Below, one piece after another: positions 26,269 through 38,876 of a stretch of DNA of 64,000 bases (within the stretch, counting starts at the first letter, position 1; each line of letters starts with the position of its first letter). The stretch is from Lingula anatina (Eukaryota; Animalia; Brachiopoda), in assembly GCA_051362555.1 (NCBI GenBank), contig CM120644.1, positions 1,000,954-1,064,953 on the forward strand, read 5' to 3'. A program made the position numbers and the translations under genes. The notes beneath the pieces are model-generated. The model had not been told where the DNA came from and made no database searches. It worked only from the letters and a program-made list of their open reading frames with translations.

Positions 26269-26714
26269 GTCAAAACGTAAACAATCTTTGTTTTTGAAGT
26301 TTGTTGATGAGATTAACTTCAATACAACTTCAAAGTAACAGTAAAACATTAGCTTGATTGGAAAACTGCTGTCGAACATTTAGATGTCAAAAAACATAAA
26401 TAAACCAGCGAGTTGCATTTTATTTTTTATTTAAATATTCAATAAGTATTAGTGGTGTTCAAGGATATTATAACACAATGTCTTGAAGGAGGTATGTTCT
26501 TTCCAATTTTTTGTTGATTATGCTCTCATTTATTTAGTTTTAGTTGAGCTTGCTGACTTATGTCTCCTCCCGAGGAGGCTAGACATCGTCCACAAGCAGC
26601 TAAGAAAAAAAAACGTAAGCAGCCTTTTAGATTATTCGTGAAACGGAACTTAGTAACCAAGCTCGTAGTCAGGGAACCCGACTAAAGCTTTTTTTTTTTT
26701 TGTGAAAAGGGGTC
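25969..26714. mobile_element. Harbinger-like MITE with CTG TSD, containing an (AAC)n(AAT)n microsatellite
   Basis: CTG at 25966-25968 and 26715-26717. TIR GCCCCCGTTTCATAAA / TTTGTGAAAAGGGGTC. Confidence 0.6.
26208..26267. repeat. (AAC)n(AAT)n microsatellite
   Basis: Direct reading. Confidence 0.95.
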
Positions 26715-27893
26715 CTGTAAATTGAGAGTCTAAGACATCGCTTACAGAGGAGGAGGGTCTTACTATAGCTCGCAATATATTGTTAAACGCATTTTTATCA
26801 TTTTCCAAACAAGCTAAAACCATGCCTTTACACCAGTAAGACTGGTGATGATAAAGATACGCCCTGTCATTCACGCTGATTATGTAAAGACATTTTTGGC
26901 AAGGAACAGGATAAGTTAGATGGCCCAAAATATGCCCAGTACCAATAAAATTTAATTGTTCAACCTTTAACACTGTTTTATGCATTCTTAAGAGTCATTT
27001 ACATTTTTATTGCACAAGAAGAGCTAAGCATACAAATGTTACGTCTATTTTTTAAAATACAACGAAAAATCCACCCATCTTGTGACCGTAAGACAAAGCC
27101 CCCTCCCCCCCAAAAAATCATTTACCCCCATTTTTCAGAGCGTCCAATGTTTATGCGGTAAAAATACTTAAATTAAAAAAGGTGCACGAGCAGAGGCGCA
27201 AGGACAATCCAACTCCAACGTGCAATAGGGGGAAGTCTGACAGTGTGATCACACTATATGAAAGTACCTGGAATTAACAGTTTAAGGGGCCATGCAGAAT
27301 AAGAAGAGCCGAGTGCTAGCTGGTTCACGGCCTAAATATGTCCGACCTACATGAAAGGAAGACCGCTTAAGCCTGTAATGGTCTCTCCACCTCTTTCACG
27401 CCACCCCAAGCGTCGTCCCTGCAGGGGCACAGTAATTTAATCTCGTCTTAATGGGACCGGTCGAGTCTTTTACTTATTTATCCTTTTACGTTGTAGGCAA
27501 GCTGACAGTGGTCAACGCGAACTTTATCACAAACCCATGCATCCAAGTAACGTCCTAGTATTAAGAATGTGTATATTTACCCAGTGTACCATTTGAAGAT
27601 TACGCTGCGATTAATGCGGTGGAAAATACATTAGATGAGGTGTATAATGATAGGGTCGCTAAACGATTGTTGACGGCATATAGTGACTAGCCTAATCCCC
27701 TGGTCGCCTGGGTAGCCACGCCCCCTTAGAGTACTTATGTAAACAAACGGTCTCCCGTAGCGAACTATCCTTTTGTTCAACAGCTTCGCGCGTGCAGCTA
27801 ATTATGTATGTAGTGACACTATAGCTATCTGCATATAAATCTGTGCTAGCTGTTATTTGATTCATTTTGCTGTGTCGGATGTTGTGGATCAGC

Positions 27894-30522
27894 AAATGAA
27901 ATGAAATGAAATGAAATAGTTTATTCTCATTTACTGTACATTTACAGTTTAGAGAGCATATATATATACATCAACCTGAAGGCTTGACCCCCTTATTCAC
28001 AATACTAATGAATTTGTACAAATTATTCAGTTTTTTCTTATTTTTCGTTGAAAATATTTCATACATTTTAATTACATTCGGTCTAATACATACTTTTTTG
28101 GAATATATAAGTTTCGACTTTCTGCAAAAAAGGTACATCTAAAGACATAATGAAATTCATCCCCTATTTCATTTTTACACAAGTTGCATAATCTCAAATT
28201 TCTAGGTATTTTTTTCCATCTGCCCGTTTCAATTGGTAATCTATGATTTGTTGTTCTGAATCTAGCTATTGTAATTATTTTGTGTGTACATAAAGTAGAA
28301 AGTATATAATTCCTGCATTTAAACTCTGAGTTTGTGAAAATACTATAGCTTAACCCTTTACTAGAGTTGTTACAATCTGAATTCCATTCTTGTATATACT
28401 GATCCTGCAATTTCTGTTCAACACAATTTATAAGCCATTCCTTGTTACAGACATCCTGTGTGCTAAATATATTACTTAAACCACAGTTATCCAGAATGGA
28501 TTTCAGATTTCCCATCCACTTACATTCACATCCCTGCATAAATTTGTTATAAACGGGTTTATGCAATATATATGAAAATTTACTTTGTTTACCTGTGAGC
28601 AAGTTTGTCCAGAATGATACAATTCTTCCTTTTATAATAATACTTAATGGCATTCTACCTAGTTCCCCATATATCATTATCTTTGGAGTGCTGGTTTTTA
28701 GATTTAATAGATATCTACAAAATTTCAAGTGCACCTGTTCTATGATTTCTAAATTACCAAATCCCCATACTTCACATCCATATAATAAAATCGGAACAAT
28801 AATCTTATCAAAGAGATATAGCTGATCAACAATGCTTAGATTTAGATGCCTTGCTTTCTTAAATATCCCCATACATAGCTTTAGTTGCTTTCTTTGCTGA
28901 ATACCTTTTTGTTTCTGAAAATGATCTCGTTTTAGAGAAATAAACTCCTAAGTACTTGAAACAATTAACTATTTCTACATTTTGGTTATTAAAAGTAAAT
29001 TTTATATTCTTTTGGGTGCGGCCCTTAGAGACTATCATGATTTTTGTCTTTTCTACATTTACTTCTAATTTCCATATCTGACAGTAGGTGGAGTAGCAAT
29101 TAAGTTGATATTGTAGGTTTTCTTTTGAATCTGCTAGGAGAACTGTATCATCTGCATATAGTATGATCATTATTTGCATTAATATGTGTAGTTCATGTTC
29201 TAGTTCATCTGTTACATGTGATAAGCCTGTGACATCTTTTTGCATTAGAAATTCTTCAAGATCATTTAGAAATACTGAGAATAAGAAGGGTGATAGGTTT
29301 TCGCCCTGTCGTATTCCTGTTTTGCATGGGAAATAATCCGATAATATACCATTTAAAGATATTCTAGATTTACAGCCATTATACATGTTTACAATAACGT
29401 TCAGACATTTTCCATTTACATTGTGGTTCATTAGCTTCCCCCATAACCCTGCCCTCCATATTTTATCAAAAGCTGCTTTTAGATCTATGAAAGCACAATA
29501 TAATTTCTTTTTTGATGCAACTGAAAGGTCTATAAGTGTATTTAATGTAAATATGTGATCAATGGAAGAATAGTTGGCTCGGAAGCCAGCTTGGTTTTCC
29601 TGTAACAGCATAAATTTGTCAGAGTAATCAGTTAGTCTTTTACATAATATAGAAGTGAATACTTTACCCAGACAACTGAGTAAAGTAATTGGCCTATAGT
29701 TCTTTGGGTCATTTATGTTTCCCTTTTGCTTATAGATTGGGATTATAGTGCCTATTAACCATGCTTCTGGTAAAATACCAGTATCTAATACCAAATTAAA
29801 TAAATTTTTATAGATTGGCATCATAGTGCTGGCAGAAGAGATAATATACTCATTCAATATCTTGTCAGCACCAGCACTTTTATTTTTCTTTAATTTTTTT
29901 ATTGTGTTTTGGATTTCAGTTTCAGTAATTGGTTCATTAAGCATTTCATTATTTATCTGGTTATGGTTATAATTTGGTGGGTTATTTCCATCTACACTAC
30001 TGTTTACTTCCTTGAAATAATTGTAAAACTCGTCTAGGTTTTTTATTTCCAGTCTTTGTTCAGATTTTTTGTTTAATATTTTCCAATATTCCTTTGGACT
30101 TGCATACCTGAGTTTCCTTATTTTGTTCATAATAGTTATTCTGTACTTTTTTATTCTATTATCTAGTGTGGTCTTGTAGCACTTTTCTGCTTTTCTAAGT
30201 TCACTTTTGAAAATATTTGACCCGTACTTATTGTATAACCTTTTTGCTCTTCTATATTGTTTTTTAGTTTCTAAACATTTTTTGTCAAACCATACATTAT
30301 TTTTCCTTTTCTTAAGAATTTCATTTTTGTTACTAATTCTATACTTGTATGTCCCTAGCGCTAATTTAGCTGAGTTAAGCAAAATTTCAGCAATTTTTTC
30401 TGTGATAAAGTCTATTTTCTCCTTACAGACATCATTTATGTTAAGATTACCAATGTATTGCAAAATTTTGTCACTTTCTTGTTTATCAATATTATCACAA
30501 AATAGGGTTGATCTGGTGTTGT
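27894..30522 (-). mobile_element. 5'-truncated LINE (RTE-X-like) with RT ORF broken by one frameshift
   Basis: NYRPITLLSC, QAGFR, AFIDLKAAFD, GIRQGENLSPFLF, LYADD, FKYLG; C-terminal HRLPIETGRW..CNLC..GDEFHY..C. Frameshift near 28865. AATAAA then a (TTTCA)n tail; no clear TSD. Clade assignment is from motif memory. Confidence 0.9.
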
Positions 30523-32570
30523 CCACTGGTTCGTTGACTTATTCTTTTCTGAAGATTGGTGATGCAGATTTTGAGTGCGTAATTATTTACCCTTCTTCTA
30601 ACAAGAGAAGGGGTAAGGGTGAGAAACAGAGAGAGTGTCAAATGAAATGGGTAATATGAGTAATTCAATACATTAAATAAAGGGACTCGCGGTGAAAGAA
30701 ACGATAGACCGTTTTGCATCAAGGTATGCCATATTAATCCGACATGGCACATAACAGGAGGGATTATACTTTAAATACAGACTCATTGTTGTATGACTTA
30801 TATTTGTGCCGACTTATACTTTACTCTCGTTCATTTCGTGAAATGAGTTCCTTGAATAAAGTTTTGCCTGTATAAATTTACTTTGTGACATGAAGTAATT
30901 AATAAAACACGCCTGTTGAAAAGGGGGCTTTTCGTAACTGATACAGGTCCACTGTTCAGAAAAATATCGTCGCCGTTCGTCGCCGCTACCTTCAGGAAAG
31001 CGTACCCTCCGCTAGGATCACCGGCATTTTTGGCTATGTGACAAATTACGGCAGATGTCAATTTACGTTTTAGCTAATAATTTTGAATTTACTAATATTT
31101 TCGACTAAATTCGATGTCAGATTCATAGCCATGACTCAAGGCCGCCAGAGTAATTGTTTAAATGTTTCTACACATTCTATTTCGTTTTTTTCCTGAGTTT
31201 TTTTTATTATCAGTCGAAAACGTTTTCATGTTCAACTTCTCAAACCTGTACGTACACTATTCTGGACTATTTTATTTTAACCAACTACACATACAAATAC
31301 CACTCACTGCCTCCCCCCCCCCCCCCCCCCCCCCCATAAACAAACACACGCCTCCTTGCTTACATTTTGCCGTTTTTGCGTCACTTGTTGTTGCACACAC
31401 TGAAGATCTAAGGCACGTATGATACCATTCATTGTATGATAATCTAAGCTAGTTTCCACATTTTCAGACAAAATTATCCAGATCTTTTAACACTACCGGT
31501 CTCCTCGAGAATCTCCCAATTAAGGGACATATCTCTCGATTCCCCGATTTAGAATAAATACCCACTGATTTATCAGACTAGAACGCGTGGCGATAGAATG
31601 TGTCGCTACATCTTGTAAACACTCAGCGAAATGCACCTAGTGACTATATTCAATGTGCCGTCACTTAATTGCTTTCTCGATTTCATTAATTGACGATATA
31701 ATTGCAGTAAACAATGCCGTAGACAAAACAACGTCGGTCTTTGTGTGACTTTTTCCCTAAACACTTTCTATGTTGCTGTCAAAGAAAAAGGTGCCGAGAT
31801 AGCCATCATTTAAACCCCTGGTGCTGCTTTTACAGGTAGACTTCCTCGTTTATCCTTTAAATGCTCCCCTCCCCCAGCAGACCCAACACTGTATATCAGA
31901 TCTTGGTTCAAGTTATGAAAGGTTTAAGCACAAAACGATAATTTGAGGATATTTTTTCATTCAAGACAAAATTAAGTATCTATGGTGTGTGACAATAGGG
32001 ACTTTACAAAACTTTATTTGTCCTTAAATATATTCCAATAGCATATGGATTAAGGTGAGCGACGTAATTGTAACCTCATCTTGAGGTTGAAAGATGAAAG
32101 CACCAGGATGAACAATGAAAAGCGGAGTACAAAAATTAACTTTTTTAAATATCGATTACAACATGCTGTACAATGACAGTGAGTCCTAAAAGGGTTAATG
32201 GACTTCTTTGTCTTATAAGCAATTCATTTCGAAATTAAAAGAAGCAGTTTTTTCGGGGTTAGGGGAGACATAGTTAACGTCAGGTGATTCGTTAAAGCCG
32301 AGGAGTGTTTCACTATCAAATTTGTAAATCATATGTCATAAAAGCACTATAAGAAAGTTTTTTTTTTGTAACGATCTGCAACATTTGTTCATTTATATAG
32401 CAGAGCGAAGTAAACGCCAGAGGAAAATGGTAACTACAGGTAATATCGTAATCCTTCTCGTCCATTTATTTAAATCGTATCAAAACGTTTGATACACAAT
32501 GTTCATTAATGTCAAAATTTTGGCGATTTATTGAAACCATATTTGTACAAAGTAGGTTAGCATAAGTTAA

Positions 32571-32820
32571 AGGATTTGCTTCATACCGTCAGAATGGCTT
32601 CAACGGAACATATTCTTCAGAAAACATGCCCAACTAACGATATCTTTATCCAAATACACAAATTAAAAGCTCATTTTGTAAATTTTTGGCTTTAAAAAAC
32701 GTCCTATTTGCTCGGCCTGGGAGTTAATGAGCTACGTGGTCACGTGGTCCGATGACGACAATCGAGCAACTGGAGAACAGACCGTGCTTAGCTGTCAAAC
32801 TGAGCTGCATTGTCTACCTG
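32571..32820. mobile_element. Possible end of a Kolobok-like element
   Basis: Copy C breaks exactly at TTAA (32567-32570), followed by AGG. The matching end was not found and the extent is approximate. Confidence 0.35.
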
Positions 32821-33532
32821 TAAGATGACTTCTCTGGCTTCTGATAAAAGTTTATACTCATTCAAATCTCTTACCCGAGGGGTCTAAATCCTCGTGAAGC
32901 TGTGTAAAACCATTTCCCGTCTAGTCATTTCTTTAACAAGCATTTCATTATGGTTATCCCAAGTTGTATAAAACACTGCATTTGAATGAGTTAAGGGAAA
33001 TGTTGATTATTGCATATGAGGTCCATGTTATTTGTGAAATTCAATTTATTTTATTAAACCGCTGACACTCCGTCTTGCATACTTTTATTAAACTGAGGTA
33101 AACAATGCCCATTACCTTTACGCTGTCCTTCATGTTTTGCGTAAGTCTACATTTTGCTGCATGTGCTTGTAATTTTTTTTAATATGTGCGTACAATTTTT
33201 GCAGGTCTGGTTACCCCCCTGTAATGTGATGAGAGTATAAATTTGGCAATTAGTTCCTTAGCTTATTTGAATAGAATTGCAGTGTAAAATTTTCAACAAG
33301 ATGTTGGCGAAATAGCCCATTACTCTTTGTAGGTATTTCCCCAGTCAAAGTTTGTCTAAAATTATCTTTCAATCTTTACTCTCTCAAAGACAGTATAAAG
33401 TTACCTGACATATTTTCGTGTAAACTAAATGACAAGCCAAGTGTCTCCAGTTCATTCCGTACTCAATTTTACCCAAGCAAATTTTTTTCTTGAGTAGATC
33501 TTTATAGCACGGTGTTATAAGCTTACAAATTT

Positions 33533-33534
<2 letters not shown>

Positions 33535-33585
<51 letters not shown>
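33535..33585. repeat. Poly(A) run of about 50 nt
   Basis: Direct reading. Confidence 0.95.
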
Positions 33586-33588
<3 letters not shown>

Positions 33589-34039
33589 CGTACTGACGCA
33601 GAATTTGCGTTTCAAGTTATAAAATAATCAATCTTTTAAATTATTTAATATTTCAGATGAAATAATCTTCAGAAACAAATCCTCAAAGCATAAACGAATT
33701 AGGATAACGAACCATTTTATTACAGCAGTTCCCATTTTTTCTTTAATATAACGCTCTTTTTCCTGTTTTTCCTCAACACGTTTTCTTCCACGGAAGCTTC
33801 AAAATACCCTGAGAGCAATTTCTTTTATTAATGTTCGCGACCGTGTTTGAACTTAATTGTTTAAGTATTGATATTTAACGTCATTTACAAATACCAATAA
33901 AATAACCCCATGAAATAAATGAGATATATTGAAAAATATGAAAACCCACCAAGACGAGTTTCATACCTGTTAATTGGGAATTGCAGCGGTGCATAATTAA
34001 CAGGTTTTATTGTTAACGAGCTCTTGGTCAACTACAATG

Positions 34040-35621
34040 ATAGGATCCTAAAGGAAATCTTATAGGAAATCCTATAGCATCCTATAGGAAATCTTATAGG
34101 AACCTATAGAAATTCATATTAACTGCTTTGAATATTTTTACAGCTTTTTATATATTGTTGGATCTTTGGCAAAATTGGTAAAAGGCACTGGTCCCTCAAA
34201 ACAAAAGAGAATATCATGTTTACATTCTTTATTCAATATGTATAAATGTATGTACATATTCCACAGTATGGTATGCAACCAGCTTACAAATTTAATGGTG
34301 TTCCTACTGCTTTTTGATCATAAGTTCTATAAATTATCACAAGTATCCAATATGTCTTGTCAAGCTGTGGCGTCACTGTCTTTTTCTTGTGTGAGTTCGA
34401 ACTCCTGCCAGAATAAGTGGCTAAAACCTCCCTTGGCCAGACCGTGTCCATTGTCAGCATACTGCTTTAGTCACTTAATAATTGAAGAATTTCAGACAAA
34501 AGTCTTTTGCACACTGTTCAACTTTACTGTGATAAGTCTTTTGCACATTGTTCAACTTTACTGTGATGGCCTTCTTAACCTCCGTCTGAATTGTGTTGAA
34601 CCATTTGCGGATGTATTCTGAAAGATAGACATTGTGAATTTCAATTAATTGTACATGTCTACAAAAATGCAAAATGATGAAGGAAAAATTTTCTAATGAG
34701 ATCAATAATAATCATTGCACCAATTCTATTTTGAGCAATTCATAGCCTTTATTAGTTAACTGAATTTTTTTCAAAGACAAGGTATTAAAGCTGGATAATT
34801 TGTAAAAAAATATATATAAAGAACATGAACATATTTCATAGGACCAAGTCCACAGGAACAATCAGAAATGAATTTTAAAATGCAGACATTCGCAGTGGAG
34901 AAAACTCTACTCTGGTTAAATATGCAATTGGGCCATTACAGAGCTGCCAGGGCCAAAAATGTCCCAATAACTATAAGAAAACTTATTTCCGAGGGTAAAC
35001 AGTAATTCCCTATTCTCACCAGTCTTTGCTTGACCTAAATCATCAGTCCAAACCAAAAAAAAGCAATCCCCAAGTTAAAATTTAAAACTTTTGTGTACGC
35101 AAAATGGTCAGATTTTCACAATGCACATTTCATTTCCATTATGTATAGGTTAGCAAAAAATATTTTTAAACAAACTATGGTGTTTCATCATCATCATCAT
35201 CATTGCTCTTCGTCCCGCGTGGGACATAAGGCCACTATGGTGTTTACCTCACATTAAGGGTTGAAAAGAAATTAAAGGGAAAGAAAACTTGGCAAATAAA
35301 CGATCCTGAAGAACGTGTGAGGTAATGAAATTTGCCCTGACAGCCCCTCTAACATGTTCATTGTATGTTATTTATTAGCATGGGTCTTCCTCAGTTATAT
35401 ATCATGATGGTCCCTTGGAGGCAGTTGTGGATAACATTGAATAGATAATTTTTAATAAATCACAAACCAAAAGTTAAATGAAATGTCATTTTTTTTTTAG
35501 ATTCAACTGCATTTAAAGAAATATGAACAATTGATCACAGTTTTATAAGAAATAAAAAGACTAAACAATGATTGCTTTATGTATCCTTGTTTCTTCATTA
35601 TAAATTATAACTTGTTTAATG

Positions 35622-35703
<82 letters not shown>

Positions 35704-36791
35704 TTTACAAGGTACACTACAAATTAGATCAATTAATTATCTTATTTTCAATTTGATGAGATGTCCAAATGATCCAATGCATTACTGTAATACATACCTT
35801 CCTTAATCCGATTTTTCTACACTCTGTACCCTTCCACTATGCTCCTGAATTTAAACTGTCTTGATAGCTGTATATTCATTTTCTGCTTGTCTCATATAAA
35901 CAAAGACTTAGACAGGATACCACACATCTGATAACACCTAATAGGCGGTTGCTGTTACTAGTGTATAACAATAGCTACAGGAGTAGTGACCTAATAGTAG
36001 GTGCCAGGCTAACAAAAGAAATTCACAGTTGTTGAATCTGTGGTTATGGCTGGTGGAGTAGGGCATTCTCTAGCTAACATCAGTTGACTGTTAAACCTTA
36101 CAAGTGATTGAGCATGGTTTATAATAAAATGTATCTTTATAAACATATTAATTTGTCCTCGTTTCCCATTCTTATGAGGGACAGTACTATACCCATAATG
36201 TTCACTTATGCTTTTACATTATATTTTATATATTAGGCAGGATTGCACTTTCACTTTTTAAAACAGCCAAGGTCAGGTAAAATCTGATTAGATAAGGTTG
36301 ACTTTCAATATAATAGAAGAAATATGAAGTAAGTGAATATGATCACACAAAAAGTAAAAATACATTATATACTGATATTTAAAGACCAGTTTCATTATTT
36401 TTCATTCAACCCGGCTTTATAAAAAAATCACTATATGAATTAACATAGGATTTCCTATAGGTTCCTATAGAAATTCCTATTAGATTTCCTATAGGATCCT
36501 ATAGGAATTTTTGTAATGGTCTGAACATAAATTAAAAATCAAAATCATATACTGATATTTAAACCAGATTCCTTATTTTTCATTCAATCTGGCCTTATAA
36601 AAATTCCTTATATGAATTAGCATAGGATTTCCTATAGGTTCCTATAGAAATGCCTATAAGATTTCCTATAGGATCCTATAGGAATTTTTGTAATGGTATG
36701 AACATAAATTTAAAAAATAATTTCAGCTTCAATGATTTGGTACAAAAACATTCCTAATGATAAAATATTCTATAGGAAATTTTCGTAAGGG
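34040..36791. mobile_element. CCTATAGG-array DNA element (EnSpm/CACTA-like layout), about 2.75 kb
   Basis: Palindrome arrays at 34042-34112 and 36445-36690, the latter in a ~180-bp tandem duplication. Terminus TTTTCGTAAGGG is shared with 9895. The left terminus was not seen. Confidence 0.55.
35623..35699. repeat. (TA)n microsatellite
   Basis: Direct reading. Confidence 0.95.
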
Positions 36792-37618
36792 CGGTTGCAC
36801 GTTGGAGTTGGATTGTCCTTACGCCTCTGTCAATGCACCTCATTTAATTTCAATATTATAATATAAGTATAGTATAAGTAATATATTCTTTCCTTATTCC
36901 TTATTCATTATCATTCATGTTTTATAAATACTTGGATGCAGTACGTTTATAAATATACATTTATAAATTAATGCAATAAGAATTTTTTTGAGACAGGTTG
37001 ATGCTGATGCTAACGCTCATGCATGTTAATCAAACAAACAATACTTAGTTCAATTTTTGACTGCGGAAAATTTCATATTCATGAAATAAATGATAACAAA
37101 TTTAACTAGCAGTTTGTTAGCAACAGTAAAAACATAATCAGCTGCACGTGCCAAACTAATGAACAAAAGGACAGTTCGCTACGCGTGGCACGCGTTAGCA
37201 TGGGTTCTAGCCTCTTAAAGCTTTAATCCTATCGCCGCAACAATGGGGACCTTCTGGGGACCTTCTGGCTAATGTATCCTGCTGTTAATTACACCTAGTT
37301 ACAGCGGATTGTCGCGCTCGCGCTGGACCACAGAAACCGGCGTCATGGGGTTCACTCGTCTTAAGTATTGTGTTATTCCACCTAAGCTATTGTGTTTGTG
37401 CGTTCGAATTTTGAAGGGATTAATACGGCTTTCCATTGTTTGCCCGCCCCTTTCTATTCACAGGACAGGGATTAAAACATTTCAAACGTTGTTAAACCGG
37501 TGTACAACGGAAATAAAATTATTACTACCACTGTAAGTCAAATACCTGTACCAACCAGGAAGGAAACTTAAAGGATTATGTTGAGAATGTATCTTTTGGG
37601 ACCATCATCACCTATTTA

Positions 37619-38160
37619 CAGTGGAACTCGTAATTTTGTTCCGTTGTATTCTGGTTTAAAAACGTTTGAAATGTTTTAATCCCTATTTTGGGCAAACAAT
37701 GTCGTATAAATCCCTTCAAAATTCAAACGGAATAACACAATACCTTAGACAAGTGAACCCCATATCGCCGTTATCTGTGGTCCAGCGCGAGCGCGACAAT
37801 CAGCTGTAACTAGGTGTAAATCAAGAGCAGGATACATCAGCCAGAAGGTCCCCACTGTTTGTTGCGGCGATTGGATTACAGCTTTAAGAAGCTAGAACCC
37901 ACTCTACCGCGTGCCACTAAACCGTCTCCCGTAGCGAACTGTCCTTTCGTTCTTTAGCTTGGCGTGTGTAGCTGATATGTTTTAAGTGTTGCTAACAAAC
38001 TGCTAGTTAAATTTGGTGTCAGCTTATACATTCAATACGAAGTGTGGACTAGGTATCTTGCATCAGCAAGATTAACAATTCACCCTGTCTCAAAAGTAAC
38101 TTCTGTTGCAAATAATATTTATAAAATATGAATGATAATGAATGAGGAATAAGGAAAGAA
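37619..38160 (+). mobile_element. Diverged left-end copy (F) of the 4.4-kb element
   Basis: Starts TA-CAGTGG and aligns to 12142-12314 plus 16499-16983. It lies head-to-head with copy C. Confidence 0.75.
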
Positions 38161-38447
38161 ACAGCGAATGCATTTTCAAAAAGAAACAGTTTATAGCAAA
38201 AAGTTTTGAAGTTTAATGATGTTCCATATATAATTTTGCATCATCGCGAATTTTGTCACATTTTATATAAAATAATAGGGTGAATCCGTAGAAGGATAAA
38301 TAATTTAGACTTAATAAATAAATAAATTAATTAATTAATTAATAATTTAAAGAATTAAATAAATGAAGGATGGTTTTATAATTTAATGAATAAGTTGCTC
38401 TAAATGAATAAATTGCTATAAATAATATAAACAAAGAAATCACTTTT

Positions 38448-38876
38448 TCAATAACCAGATCGAGGCTCTTCCCTCTCTTTCTATGACCACCGGCATCACT
38501 TTAAAGATGTGAATGTATTTCACACACTTGTCTCTAGTTACTGTCTGTAAAAAAACTCTGAATGCCGGCCACTAAATTGTTCTTCGTCCCCGGCTTCAAT
38601 TTCCTGAGGGTGTGCTTGGGAGCAACCCACAGATTCTCAAATGGGTTGAGGTCCGGACTCTCCAGTGGCTTTTTAAACCACTTGATATCATTGTCCTCAA
38701 TAATTAAGTTGCTGTGCTACTCTGCTGGTATGCTTTATCTTGCATAAATCTATGTTTTATGAGGCAGGCATTTTATCCCTAATGAACGGGACCAAAAGCA
38801 AAATCTCCACAAAAAATTCTACGTCGAGAATACCACTGAAGATGGCAATGTCAGTGCATCCCGTTTTTGCCCCGAC
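38448..38876 (-). pseudogene. Tc1/mariner DDE transposase relic (second lineage)
   Basis: Manual translation: GCTDIAIFSGILDVEFFVEIL ... HRFMQD ... DIKWFKKPLESPDLNPFENLW ... KPGTKNNLVAGI ... CVKYI ... VIEREGRAS. Contains frameshifts. Confidence 0.85.

Larger units (their letters stand above)
27550..37533 (-). mobile_element. Copy C (long variant) of the 4.4-kb element with nested insertions and an internal deletion
   Basis: TA at 27548-27549 and 37534-37535. Host segments 27550-27893, 30523-32570 and 36792-37533 are colinear with copy D. Confidence 0.75.
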
